A stretch of 64,000 bases of DNA from Vicinamibacteria bacterium (lineage in GTDB: Bacteria; Acidobacteriota; Vicinamibacteria; Marinacidobacterales; Marinacidobacteraceae): positions 2,272,001-2,336,000 of the forward strand of contig OZ241322.1 of NCBI GenBank assembly GCA_965199715.1, given 5' to 3'. Positions 1-9,348 of this stretch are shown piece after piece. Within the stretch, counting starts at the first letter, position 1. Every line of letters starts with the position of its first letter. The position numbers were made by a program, and so were the translations under genes. The notes beneath the pieces were generated by a model. It ran no database searches, was not told the origin of the DNA, and was given only the letters and a program-made list of their open reading frames with translations.

Positions 1-224
1 TGGTCACCCGGCAGGCGTTCAACGGCGCCGGGGACACCCGCACCCCGACGTGGATCGACGTCGTGTGCTTCTGGCTGTTCGAAATCCCGCTCGCGTGGCA
101 GCTCTCGCGCACGGGCCTCGGGGTCGAGGGGGTGTTCTGGGCCGTCGCAATCGCGTACTCGCTCTCGGCGGCGGTCAGCGTGACGATCTTCCGGCGGGGG
201 CGGTGGAAGCTGGAGAAGGTCTGA
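1..224 (+). CDS. MATE-family efflux transporter, C-terminal part (5' end outside window)
   Basis: Frame from nt 3 reads VTRQAFNGAGDTRTPTWIDVVCFWLFEIPLAW...GVFWAVAIAYS...FRRGRWKLEKV*. The GAGDT-P and RRGRWK tail are typical of MATE proteins. TGA at 222-224. Confidence 0.8.
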   Translation, partial: VTRQAFNGAGDTRTPTWIDVVCFWLFEIPLAWQLSRTGLGVEGVFWAVAIAYSLSAAVSVTIFRRGRWKLEKV

Positions 225-2241
225 GCCGGCTGAGTCCGATCAGGAACGAGTGGATCTCGGCGATCTCCTCGAGGCCCCGGTAGCGCCCCGAGCGCCCGCC
301 GTGGCCGGCGTCCATGGATGTCCGCAGCAGGATGAGCCGGCCCGTCGCGGCGTTCTTCTCCCGGAGGCGCTGGACCCACTTGGTCGGCTCCCAGAACTGG
401 ACCTGCGAGTCGTGGAGGCCGCTCGTCGCCAGCACGTGCGGCAGCGGCGCCTCGGGGACGTTCTCGTAGGGCGCGTAGCCGCGCATCACGTCGAAGAAGC
501 GCCGTTCGCTTGGGTTCCCCCACTCGTCGTACTCGCCGGTGGTGAGCGGGATGTCGGGATCCAGCATCGAGTTCACCACGTCCACGAACGGCACCATCGC
601 GACCACCCCGTGGAAGAGGTCGGGGGCCATGTTCAGCGCCGCTCCCACGAGGAGCCCCCCGGCGCTGCCCCCCATGGCGTACACCCGCTCCGGATCGCAC
701 TTCCCGCCGTCGCGGAGCCGCTCGGCGCACGCGATGAAGTCGTGGAAGGTGTTGGACTTCCTGAGCAAGCGGCCCTCGTCGTACCAGCGCCGCCCGAGCT
801 CCTGGCCGCCCCGGACGTGGGCGGTCGCGACCGTGAAGCCGCGGTCCACGAGCGAGGGCCGGGTGAGCGAGAAGACGGGGTCCATCGAGATGCCGTAGGC
901 CCCGTAGCCGTACAGCAGGAGCGGGCGATCCGGCCCCGGCGGAAAGTCGCGGTGGTGGACCAGCGAGATCGGGATGCGCGCGCCGTCCCGGCCGCGGGCC
1001 GTCAGCCGGGCGAGCCGGTAGGAACGGGAGCGGAACGTCGGAACGCGCTCCTTCTGGAGCGCGCGGCGGAGGCCGGTCGCGAGATCCACCGCGAACGTCG
1101 TCGTCGGGGTCTTCGGGTTGCTCACCGTGACCCGGATCTCCCGACTCCCGGAGTCGGGATTCGACTCCTCGTCGAGCGCCCGCACCGCGCCCGGCAGCGC
1201 GACCCGGCGGGACGTTCCGCTCTCCCACTCGACGAGGCGCAGCTCCTGCCGCCCGGCCTCCCGCTCGAAGAGCGCGAGGTGCGAATCGAACAACTGGAAC
1301 CCCTCAAGCTGGACTCCCGGCGCGGCCGGCGCGACCTCCGTCCAATCCTGCGGGCGATCCTCGGGCGCGGCGACCAGCCGGAAGTCGGGAGCGTCCCGAT
1401 TCGTGCGGATGTAGAACCGACCCCGGAAGTGGTCCAGCGCGAACTCGTGTCCGTCCTCCCGGGGAAGGACGAGGCTCGGCTGGGCCTCGGGGTTCGCCGC
1501 CGGGACGGCCCACGTTTCGGCGCGCTCGGTCTGCTGGCAGTGGATGAGGAGAAGTTCCCGCGACCGGCTCTCGAACACCGATATCCAGAAGGCCTCGTCG
1601 GCCTCCTCGTACACGGTCGCGTCGGCTTCGACCGGCGTTCCCAGCCGGTGGCGGCGGATCCGGTGCCAGCGCAGCGTCTCCGTGTGGACCTCGGTATAGA
1701 GGAGCGTCCGCCCGTCGGCCGACCACACGAAGTTGGGGGCCGCCCCCGGAATCCGGTCCGGGAGTTCGTCGCCGGTCTCCGGGTCACGGAAGCGAATCTC
1801 ATAGATGCGTCGCCCGACGGTATCGACGGCGTAGGCGAGCCGGTCGTGGCGCGGAGTCATCTCCACCGCCCCGATCCGGAAGTAGCCGTGCCCGGCGAGG
1901 ACGTTTCCGTCGAGCAGGGTCGTCTCGGGACCGGACGGCCGCCGGCGCATGAAGACCGGGTACTCCTCGCCCCGCCGGTAGCGCCAGCGGTAGAGGAACC
2001 CGCCGTCGGCGACCGGCGGCGAGGACTGGTTCGGGGCGACTCGCGCCTTCATTTCGGCGAGAACCCGGTCGCGTTCGGCGGCGAACGGGGCGAGCGAGCG
2101 TTCGGTCCAGTCGTTCTCGGCCCGGAGCAGCGCGAGGACTTCGGGATCGTCCCGATCGCGGATCCACGCCCACGGATCGGAACGGGGCACGCCGTGTTCG
2201 CGATGGACGTGCTCGCGCCGGGCGGCCTTCGGGGCTTCCAT
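175..2241 (-). CDS. ptrB: Oligopeptidase B (S9A prolyl oligopeptidase family)
   Basis: HGVPRSDPWAWIRD N-terminus, YGYGAYG, HVRGGQELG, catalytic GGSAGG, HDSQVQFWEP and AGHGG. Start at ATG 2241 (MEAPKAARREH). Confidence 0.92.
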   Translation of the reverse strand: MEAPKAARREHVHREHGVPRSDPWAWIRDRDDPEVLALLRAENDWTERSLAPFAAERDRVLAEMKARVAPNQSSPPVADGGFLYRWRYRRGEEYPVFMRRRPSGPETTLLDGNVLAGHGYFRIGAVEMTPRHDRLAYAVDTVGRRIYEIRFRDPETGDELPDRIPGAAPNFVWSADGRTLLYTEVHTETLRWHRIRRHRLGTPVEADATVYEEADEAFWISVFESRSRELLLIHCQQTERAETWAVPAANPEAQPSLVLPREDGHEFALDHFRGRFYIRTNRDAPDFRLVAAPEDRPQDWTEVAPAAPGVQLEGFQLFDSHLALFEREAGRQELRLVEWESGTSRRVALPGAVRALDEESNPDSGSREIRVTVSNPKTPTTTFAVDLATGLRRALQKERVPTFRSRSYRLARLTARGRDGARIPISLVHHRDFPPGPDRPLLLYGYGAYGISMDPVFSLTRPSLVDRGFTVATAHVRGGQELGRRWYDEGRLLRKSNTFHDFIACAERLRDGGKCDPERVYAMGGSAGGLLVGAALNMAPDLFHGVVAMVPFVDVVNSMLDPDIPLTTGEYDEWGNPSERRFFDVMRGYAPYENVPEAPLPHVLATSGLHDSQVQFWEPTKWVQRLREKNAATGRLILLRTSMDAGHGGRSGRYRGLEEIAEIHSFLIGLSRLRPSPASTAPAGRSSR

Positions 2242-2268
2242 GACGGCTCGGAGTCTAGAGGCGGGGCC

Positions 2269-2274
2269 TATAGT
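2269..2274 (+). promoter_or_regulatory. Putative -10 element (TATAGT) for a leaderless addB-like transcript
   Basis: TATAGT lies 6 nt before the GTG at 2281, with no Shine-Dalgarno in between. Confidence 0.5.
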
Positions 2275-2280
2275 GAAGGC

Positions 2281-5200
2281 GTGGCAGCACGGTTCGTGAG
2301 CGCGCCCCGGGCGTCCCGCCGCATCGCCGCTGCGACCGAGTTCCTGCTGGGCCTCCCGCCGCGGGAACCGTTTCTCGTCGTGGCGCACACCCGCGCCGCC
2401 GCCGACGCGCTCGCGATGGACGTTCTGGAGCGTCGGGGGAGCGGCGCCGCGCTCTTCGGGGCGACCCGCTTCGCCTTCCTCTCGCTTGCCCACGAGCTCG
2501 CCGGCCCGGCGCTCGCGCGAGCCGGGCTGCGTCTACTCGCCCCGGCGGCCGCGCAGACGCTGGTCGTCCGGCTCGTCCATCGGTTTCGCGCCGAGGGGCG
2601 GCTCGGGCGTTTCGAGCCGGTCGCGGAAGGACCGGGCCTCGCCCGCCGCCTCGGGAGCACGTTCCGGGAGCTGCGCCTCGCCGGGATCGCGCCGGACCGG
2701 ATCTCCGCCGCGGATCCGGCGCTCGGAGCGCTGTACCGCGCCTATGCGGAGGCGCTTCAGGACGCCGGCCTCGCCGACCGCGCCCGGGTGCTGGAGATCG
2801 CCGCCGAGGCCGTCCGGCAGCGGCTCCCGGTCGTCTTTCTTGACGTGCCGCTGCCGAATCCGGCCAGTCGCCGGTTTGCCGGGGCGCTCGTCCACGCCGC
2901 TCCCGAGGCCCTGATCGTCGCTCCCGACGAAGATTCCGGAGCCGAACGCGCCGCGACGGACATCGGAATCCGCCAGGTCGCCGCCCCCGAAGAGGAGCCC
3001 GCGGCGGCGGACGCCGTCGATGCGGCCCAGCGGCATCTCTTTCGGAGCAGCCGCCCGAATCGCGATGTTTCCCGGGAGGGGCTTTTCGTCGTGGACGCTC
3101 CGGGGGTGCTCGCGGAGGCGATCGAAGTCGCGAGCGCGCTCCTCGCCGAAGCCCGCCGGGGCGTGAGCTTCGACCGCATGGCGGTATTGCTCTCCAGACC
3201 GCGGGAGCAGGCCCCGGCGTTCCGGGAGGCGCTGTCCCGCGCCGGGATTCCCGCGTTCTTCGAGTCGGGAGCTCGCTGGCCCCACCCGGCGGGACGCGCC
3301 TTCCTGATGTTGCTCGACTGCGCGCTCGAACGGCTTCCCGCGAACCGGGTCGCGGACTACCTCGCGATGGGCGAGACGCCGTCCGGTGAGGCGGGCTTCG
3401 CCGCGCCGCGGTACTGGGAGCGGCGCATCCGCAGCTCCGACGTGGTGGGCGGGCTCGACCGCTGGGAGCGCCGGTTCCGGGAACTGCGGGCGCGTCTCAG
3501 CGAGGACGGCGAGGACGACGCCGGGCCGGGCAGCCGGGAGGTCAAGCGGCTTGCCGAGGAAGTGCGCGGTCTCTCGGAGGTGATCCTCCCCATCCTGCGA
3601 TCGCTGGACGCGCTTCCCGAACGCGCCTCCCAGCGGGAGTGGCTGGATCGTCTCCGGGGTCTGGCCCGACTCGGATTGCGCCACCCGGAGGGAGTCCTCG
3701 CCTGTCTCGCCGAGGCGGGAGCCGCCGATGGGGCCGGCGAGCTCACGCTGCCGGAAGTGCGCGATGGACTCGCGCCGCGCCTGCGGGAGGTCGTGGTCCG
3801 CGCCCCCCGCAGCCGGTCCGGGCGGGCGTGGGTCGGTCCGATCGAGGCCGCCCGCGGCCACTCCTTCGCGTTCGTGGCGCTGCCGGGCCTCTCCGAGCGG
3901 GCCTTTCCGCAGATCGTCCGCGAGGACCCGATCCTGCCCGATCGCCGGCGCTCGGCACTGTCCCCGGATCTGCCGTTACGCTCGGACCGCAGCGATGCGG
4001 AACGGCTCCGCCTGCGGCTCGCGGTCGGCGCGTCGAGCGGACGGCTGCTGCTCAGCTTTCCCTCGCTCAACCCGGCGGAAGGAAGACGGCAGGTTCCTTC
4101 GTACTATCTGGCCGAGACCTTCCGGGCCGGCTTCGGGAGAGTGCCGACCCTCGCCGAAATCCGGAAAGCGGCGGCGCGGGAGCAGCGGGTGATCCGGGGA
4201 ATCCGCGCCCCGCGGGAGCCAGCGCTCGCGATCGACCGCCGCGAGTTCGATCTCGCCCGGGTGGCGGAGGCGCTGGGGCAGGGGGCCGGCGAGCCGCGTC
4301 CAGGGACCGCGGCCTACCTGCTCGGTGAGTCCTCGCTGGCCCGTTCGCTGCGGCAGGAGTACATGCGGCAGGCGCGGAAGTGGCAGTCTCCGGACGGGTT
4401 CCTGAATCCCGGCAAGAACGCGCAGACGGCGCTCCAGCGCTATCGGCCGCACGAGCGCTCGTACTCGCCGACCGGGCTCGAGGGGTATTCCTCCTGCCCG
4501 TACTCGTTCTTCCTCCGCAACGTCGCGGGCCTCACGGCGCGCAGGCATCCGGTTCCGGCCATGCCGCTCGACTCGCTGACCCGGGGAAGCCTCCTCCACG
4601 AGGTGTTCGCTCGGCTCGGGGCCAGGCTGCCCGACCTCGGAACCCGGCCCCGGATCGAGTTGCGGACCGTCTTCAGGGAAGTGGAGGCCATCTTCCGGGA
4701 GGTGGAGCGGGAGTACCGGGAGCGGCTCTCGCCCCCGGTGCGCCGGATCTGGGACGACGAGATGGACGGACTGCTTGGCGATCTCCGCGGATTCCTCGAC
4801 CGTCACCTCGAGAGCGGGCGGGTGTTCCTCGCGAACGAGCGGGCGTTCGGCATGACTCCCGGCAAGGCCAACGATCCGTCGAGCACGGCCGAGACTCCGG
4901 TGTTTGAAGGCGTGATCCGGGTCCATGGCTCGATTGACGCGGTGGAGCGACGGAAAGACGGGAGCATTCAGGTCACCGACTACAAGACCGGTCGCGCCGG
5001 CGACGCCGTGGGCGCGGACGCCGTGCTCCTTGGCGGTCAGACGCTCCAGCCGGTGCTCTACGCCCGGGCGTGGGAGGCGCTCGACGGCGAGCCGGTCGCG
5101 TCCTCCCGCCTCTACTACGCGACGCTGCGGGGGGCGTTTCAGGAGACCGCCGTGAACACGGGCGCTCCCGAATCCCGCGAAGTCTTCCGGGAGTTCGTCG

Positions 5201-5391
5201 CCGCGCTCGACGCGGCGATTTCCGAGGGGCAGTTCGCCGCGCTTCCGCGTCGGGACCGGTTCCTCGCCTGCGACTGGTGCGACTTCCGGGCGATCTGCGG
5301 CCCGCGCCCGGCGAGCCACGAGCACGTGAAGCCGAGCGCGGCGGAGTCGGGCCGACTCGCGGCGCTCGCAACCATCCGGGCGCTCCCATGA
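2281..5391 (+). CDS. addB: AddB/RexB-like subunit: inactive helicase domain plus PD-(D/E)XK nuclease with Fe-S staple
   Basis: SYSPTGLEGYSSCPYSFF, GSLLHEVF, HGSIDAVE, TDYKTG, LQPVLY and CDWCDFRAIC (4 Cys in total). GTG start at 2281; stop overlaps the next ATG (ATGA). Confidence 0.82.
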   Translation: MAARFVSAPRASRRIAAATEFLLGLPPREPFLVVAHTRAAADALAMDVLERRGSGAALFGATRFAFLSLAHELAGPALARAGLRLLAPAAAQTLVVRLVHRFRAEGRLGRFEPVAEGPGLARRLGSTFRELRLAGIAPDRISAADPALGALYRAYAEALQDAGLADRARVLEIAAEAVRQRLPVVFLDVPLPNPASRRFAGALVHAAPEALIVAPDEDSGAERAATDIGIRQVAAPEEEPAAADAVDAAQRHLFRSSRPNRDVSREGLFVVDAPGVLAEAIEVASALLAEARRGVSFDRMAVLLSRPREQAPAFREALSRAGIPAFFESGARWPHPAGRAFLMLLDCALERLPANRVADYLAMGETPSGEAGFAAPRYWERRIRSSDVVGGLDRWERRFRELRARLSEDGEDDAGPGSREVKRLAEEVRGLSEVILPILRSLDALPERASQREWLDRLRGLARLGLRHPEGVLACLAEAGAADGAGELTLPEVRDGLAPRLREVVVRAPRSRSGRAWVGPIEAARGHSFAFVALPGLSERAFPQIVREDPILPDRRRSALSPDLPLRSDRSDAERLRLRLAVGASSGRLLLSFPSLNPAEGRRQVPSYYLAETFRAGFGRVPTLAEIRKAAAREQRVIRGIRAPREPALAIDRREFDLARVAEALGQGAGEPRPGTAAYLLGESSLARSLRQEYMRQARKWQSPDGFLNPGKNAQTALQRYRPHERSYSPTGLEGYSSCPYSFFLRNVAGLTARRHPVPAMPLDSLTRGSLLHEVFARLGARLPDLGTRPRIELRTVFREVEAIFREVEREYRERLSPPVRRIWDDEMDGLLGDLRGFLDRHLESGRVFLANERAFGMTPGKANDPSSTAETPVFEGVIRVHGSIDAVERRKDGSIQVTDYKTGRAGDAVGADAVLLGGQTLQPVLYARAWEALDGEPVASSRLYYATLRGAFQETAVNTGAPESREVFREFVAALDAAISEGQFAALPRRDRFLACDWCDFRAICGPRPASHEHVKPSAAESGRLAALATIRALP

Positions 5392-8300
5392 CTTCCGGCG
5401 CACTCGTGGACGACGCGGCCCGAGCGCGGATCCGCCGGGAACACGACACGACGTTCATCGTCGAGGCGGCGGCGGGCACCGGCAAGACCACGGTCCTCAC
5501 CTATCGCGTCGTGGAAATGGTCGCCGTGGGGGCGGCCCACATGCGCGAGATCGCCGCCATCACGTTCACCGAGAAGGCGGCGGGCGAACTGCGCCTGCGG
5601 GTGCGGCAGGGCATCGAGGACCGCATCGACGGGGCCGCCCCGGACGAACGGCGGCGGCTTGAGAAAGCGCTCCATCACCTTGAGGAAGCGGTCATCGGCA
5701 CGATCCACGCGTTCGCGGGCGGGATTCTCCGGGAGCGCCCGATCGAGGCCGGGGTGGATCCCGACTTCGAGATCCTGTCCCAAGCCGATCAAGCGCTGCT
5801 CTTCGGGCGGGTCTTCGACGAGTTCGCTCGCGAGGCCCTGGAGGTTCCGGGTCCGGGGATCGCCCGCCTGCTCCGTCGCAGCCGCAATCCCCGCCAGAGC
5901 CCCCTCGACGTGCTCCGTGAAGCCGGGCGCAAGCTGCTGGACTACCGGCAGTACGACGCCCCGTGGACTCTTGGCAAGTGGGATGCGGCGGCGGCGACCG
6001 AGGAACTCCTTGGCCCGGACCCGCCCGAGATCGTGCGGCCGGGCGCGGAGGCGCCGACCCGTGGTCCGACGCTCTTCGAGATCGAGCGCCTGTACGGGGC
6101 GTTTCCGCCCGACCCTCCGGGCGGAAAACCGAACTGGCTGCGGTATTCCATGCAGGAGGCGGCGGCGCTCGCCCGGGAGATTCGGGCACGGCGCGCCACC
6201 GGCGACACCGACCCCGAGTGGTTGGAGCAGGCGCTGGCCGCGTTGAAGGTCGCTTCCTACCACGGCGCGTGCCCGGCCGGACTCCCCGGCGCGAAGGACT
6301 GGAGGGAGAGCTTTCGGGTGGCGCTCGAACAGTACAAGAAGCACAGCAACGCGGGCCTCGCGGCGTTGCTTCGGGAGGATCTGCGCGGGCTGGTGGCGCA
6401 GTACCAGCAGGCCAAGCAGAAGGCGGGAAAGCTCGATTTCGACGACCTGCTGCTCCGCACTCAGCGGCTCCTCGTTCAGAACGCCGAAGTGCGCAACGAG
6501 TTGCGGGACCGGTATCGCCACATCCTGCTGGACGAGTATCAGGACACCGATCCGCTCCAGACCGACATCGCCCGGATCCTCACCTCCGAGGATCCGCCGG
6601 ACGGGGACCAGGAGAGCGCGCAGCTCATTCCGGGGCGGCTCTTTCTGGTCGGCGATCCCAAACAGTCCATCTACCGCTTCCGCCGCGCCGACATCGGCCA
6701 CTACCTGCAGGTCAAGGAGACCCTGCTGGAACAGGGCGCGGAGGAGCTGCAGCTCACGACGAACTTCCGCTCGGTGCCGGGAGTCTGCGAGCTCGTGAAC
6801 AACACGATGGAGCCGCTGTTTACGGGGACCCCAGTCGAGCTCGACCGGTACGACGAGATCCCCGAGATCACTCAGGACCTGAAGGGAACGCAGGCTCCGT
6901 GGGCCCCGCTCCACCCCGACCGGAAGCCGATGGGAGACCATCCGGGGATCGCGGGCATTGAGGTGGAGTCGGCGCGTTACGTCCGTCAGCTCAAGGGCGA
7001 GCCGAAAGCGGTTGCCCGCTTCGTCGCGCAACTGCTCGCCGAGGGGTTTCCGGTTTCGGACGGGGACGGGAAGCGCCCGGTGCGGCCGGACGACATATGC
7101 CTCCTGTTCCGCCGGTTTCGGGTGTGGGGCAAGCTGAACGCGCAGCGATGGGCGGATGCGCTTCGGGAGCTGCAGATCCCGCACTCGCTCGCCGCCGTGG
7201 AGAGCTACGTGGCGAGTCCGGAGATTTCCTTCCTCCGCGCCGCGCTTACCGCGGTCGAGTTCCCGGACGACGAGGTGGCCGTGTACGCGACCCTGCGCGG
7301 CCCTCTCTTCGGGATCCCGGACGAGGACTTGTTCTTGTACCGGGAGCGCCGCCGGGGGGAACCGAACCTCCGGCCGGGGTGGGCGGCGCGGGCGGAGCGT
7401 CCCGAGGGGATGCCGGCGATCGAGCGGGAGATTCTGGCCGCGCTGCAGTTTCTGGACCGGCTGCATCGGCAGCGCAACCACCGTCCCATCACGCTCACGA
7501 TTCAGGATCTCCTCGGCGAGCACCGCGCCGAGAGCGGCTTCGCGTTCTGGCGATCCTCGGATCAGGTGTTCGCCAACCTGCGGCGGCTCGCCGAATCGGC
7601 CCGAGCGTTCGAGGCGGGGGGCGGGCTCTCCTTCCGCGAGTTCGTGGAGCGGCTGACCGCCGAGGCGGAAACCCCGGACCCGGCCGCCGCGCACACCATC
7701 GACGACGAAATCGGCGGCGTTCGCATGATGACGGTGCATGCCGCGAAGGGCCTTGAGTTCCCGGTCGTGATCCTCTGCGACGGATCGTTCGCCAGGAACG
7801 CGCGGGGCTCTCGCGTCGTGAGGCCGGAGGAAAACCTCCACGCCTGCGATCTCGGGAGCGGACTGGTTCCGTGGGAGCTCATCCATCATCAGGCGACCGA
7901 GATCGCGGAGGAGCTGGCCGAGTACGACCGGCTCCTCTACGTGGCCATGACCCGCGCCCGGGATCTGCTCGCCGCGCCGGCGTCGCCGTTCGGGTATCCG
8001 AAGGCGAGTTTCCTTTCCCCGGTGGCGGAACGGCTCGGCGCCTTGCTTCTTGACGCGCCGCCCGCTTCCGCGCCGCGCCCCGCGCCTGTGGGCAGAGCCG
8101 ATCTCTGGAATCTGCTCAACACGAAGGACGACGCCGAAGCCGCCGCCGAGGGCCGCGCCCGAGAGGCGGAGTTCGTCAAGGAATCCGAGCGGACGCTGGA
8201 GGACGGTCGCACGCCGCGGCGGCTCATCGCCCGTGCGGGCAGGCTCGGCGACGCCGGACTCGAAGCGGGGCCGGTGGAGATCGAGGCGATCGCCCGGGAG

Positions 8301-8834
8301 CCGGACCGCCCCAAGGGAGAGGCGTTCGGGATCCTCGTCCATCGGATTCTGGAGACGGTCCCGCTGGACGCCGCCCCGGAAGCGGTCATGGAAGCGGCGG
8401 CGCGGGCGGCCGTGGAGCTGGGTGCTGCCGAGGCGCTCGTGGGACCCGCCGGACGCGCCGCCGCCGCCGCGCTTCAGAGCCCGCTGATGCGGGCCGCCCG
8501 CGCCGCCCCGGTCCTCCACCGCGAACTCCCGCTCCTCCATCAGGAGGAATCGGTGCGCCTCCCCGAGAGCGAGACCTCCGAGGCGGACTCCGAGCTTGAG
8601 CGTGCTTCCGAGCCCGAGGAGAGCGAGGGAGACGGGCCGGTCGTCGTGGACGGAGTCGCAGATTTGGTGTTTCAGGAGGAACCGGGCGGGCCGTGGACGG
8701 TCGTGGACTTCAAGACCAGCGATCCCGCTATTACGCAGCAGGGCGACGCCTATCGAGTTCAGGTGACGCTCTACGCCCGGGCCGTGGAACGGGCCACGGG
8801 CGAGCCGGCGCGGGCGGTGCTGCTGTTCGTGTAG
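5388..8834 (+). CDS. addA: AddA/RexA-like UvrD-family helicase-nuclease
   Basis: EAAAGTGKT, ITFTEKAAGEL, TIHAF, LLDEYQDTD, VGDPKQSIYRFR, TNFRS, MTVHAAKGLEFP, LLYVAMTRARD; C-terminal GVADLV..VVDFKT..QVTLY nuclease. Confidence 0.88.
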   Translation: MTSGALVDDAARARIRREHDTTFIVEAAAGTGKTTVLTYRVVEMVAVGAAHMREIAAITFTEKAAGELRLRVRQGIEDRIDGAAPDERRRLEKALHHLEEAVIGTIHAFAGGILRERPIEAGVDPDFEILSQADQALLFGRVFDEFAREALEVPGPGIARLLRRSRNPRQSPLDVLREAGRKLLDYRQYDAPWTLGKWDAAAATEELLGPDPPEIVRPGAEAPTRGPTLFEIERLYGAFPPDPPGGKPNWLRYSMQEAAALAREIRARRATGDTDPEWLEQALAALKVASYHGACPAGLPGAKDWRESFRVALEQYKKHSNAGLAALLREDLRGLVAQYQQAKQKAGKLDFDDLLLRTQRLLVQNAEVRNELRDRYRHILLDEYQDTDPLQTDIARILTSEDPPDGDQESAQLIPGRLFLVGDPKQSIYRFRRADIGHYLQVKETLLEQGAEELQLTTNFRSVPGVCELVNNTMEPLFTGTPVELDRYDEIPEITQDLKGTQAPWAPLHPDRKPMGDHPGIAGIEVESARYVRQLKGEPKAVARFVAQLLAEGFPVSDGDGKRPVRPDDICLLFRRFRVWGKLNAQRWADALRELQIPHSLAAVESYVASPEISFLRAALTAVEFPDDEVAVYATLRGPLFGIPDEDLFLYRERRRGEPNLRPGWAARAERPEGMPAIEREILAALQFLDRLHRQRNHRPITLTIQDLLGEHRAESGFAFWRSSDQVFANLRRLAESARAFEAGGGLSFREFVERLTAEAETPDPAAAHTIDDEIGGVRMMTVHAAKGLEFPVVILCDGSFARNARGSRVVRPEENLHACDLGSGLVPWELIHHQATEIAEELAEYDRLLYVAMTRARDLLAAPASPFGYPKASFLSPVAERLGALLLDAPPASAPRPAPVGRADLWNLLNTKDDAEAAAEGRAREAEFVKESERTLEDGRTPRRLIARAGRLGDAGLEAGPVEIEAIAREPDRPKGEAFGILVHRILETVPLDAAPEAVMEAAARAAVELGAAEALVGPAGRAAAAALQSPLMRAARAAPVLHRELPLLHQEESVRLPESETSEADSELERASEPEESEGDGPVVVDGVADLVFQEEPGGPWTVVDFKTSDPAITQQGDAYRVQVTLYARAVERATGEPARAVLLFV

Positions 8835-8938
8835 CCGCGATACCCTGCCGGCTTGCCCAAAGCAGGATTTGACCGGAAGGCCTCGCGCACCCGTCGCGCT
8901 GGCCTCGGGCTCCTCGCCTGAGCGCCCGGGCATCGCGC

Positions 8939-9348
8939 CCGGCGGACTTTCGGGCGGCGCACGTCCGTCATTGGGAGGACGCTGAGTTGCTCCGCGACCA
9001 CCACCGCTGGGGAACGCGGACCAGTTGTACGGCTTCAGCGCGGAGTGCGGGCTGAAGGCGATAATGCGGTCCATGGGGATGGCCGTGGACGAATCGGGAG
9101 CGCCGACGGCGGGGGCGCACCGCGTCCACATCCAGAAGCTCTGGCCGGTGTTCGTGTAGCTGCTTCAGCTCTCGGGCGACCAGCGGCTCAGGATGGTGCT
9201 CCCCGTGGGTGAGCCGTTCTCCGATTGGTCGCATCATGACCGCTACGCTGCGGGGAGCCACTGCGGACCGGCTTGCGTCGCGGCGCACCGCAACGCCGCC
9301 GATCGCATCCGCACCATGGTGCGCGAGGCAACAGGAAGGAAGGCTTGA
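8939..9348 (+). pseudogene. Disrupted small HEPN-like gene upstream of the ParA-type ATPase
   Basis: Reads PADFRAAHVRHWEDAELLRDHHRW, then a 1-nt loss at ~9011, then NADQLYGFSAECGLKAIM..HRVHIQKLWPVFV, an in-frame TAG at 9157-9159, then ..PFSDWSHHDRY..TGA 9346-9348 overlapping the next ATG. The YG-x-AECGLKA and DW-x-RY patterns recall HEPN-like partners of these ATPases. Confidence 0.6.

Noticed and set aside
250-2280. N-terminal 677 aa of the 1713-aa ORF 250..5391
   Set aside because: Antisense shadow of ptrB in high-GC DNA. AddB-like sequence begins at the GTG at 2281.
5139-9131. 1330-aa minus-strand ORF and similar long ORFs (25980..28091 +, 39921..42749 +, 55731..59306 -)
   Set aside because: They lie antisense to genes with clear motifs and have no motifs of their own; stop-codon scarcity at high GC explains them.
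9157-9159. In-frame TAG as a pyrrolysine codon
   Set aside because: The same gene also has a frameshift and no clear start, so decay is the simpler explanation.
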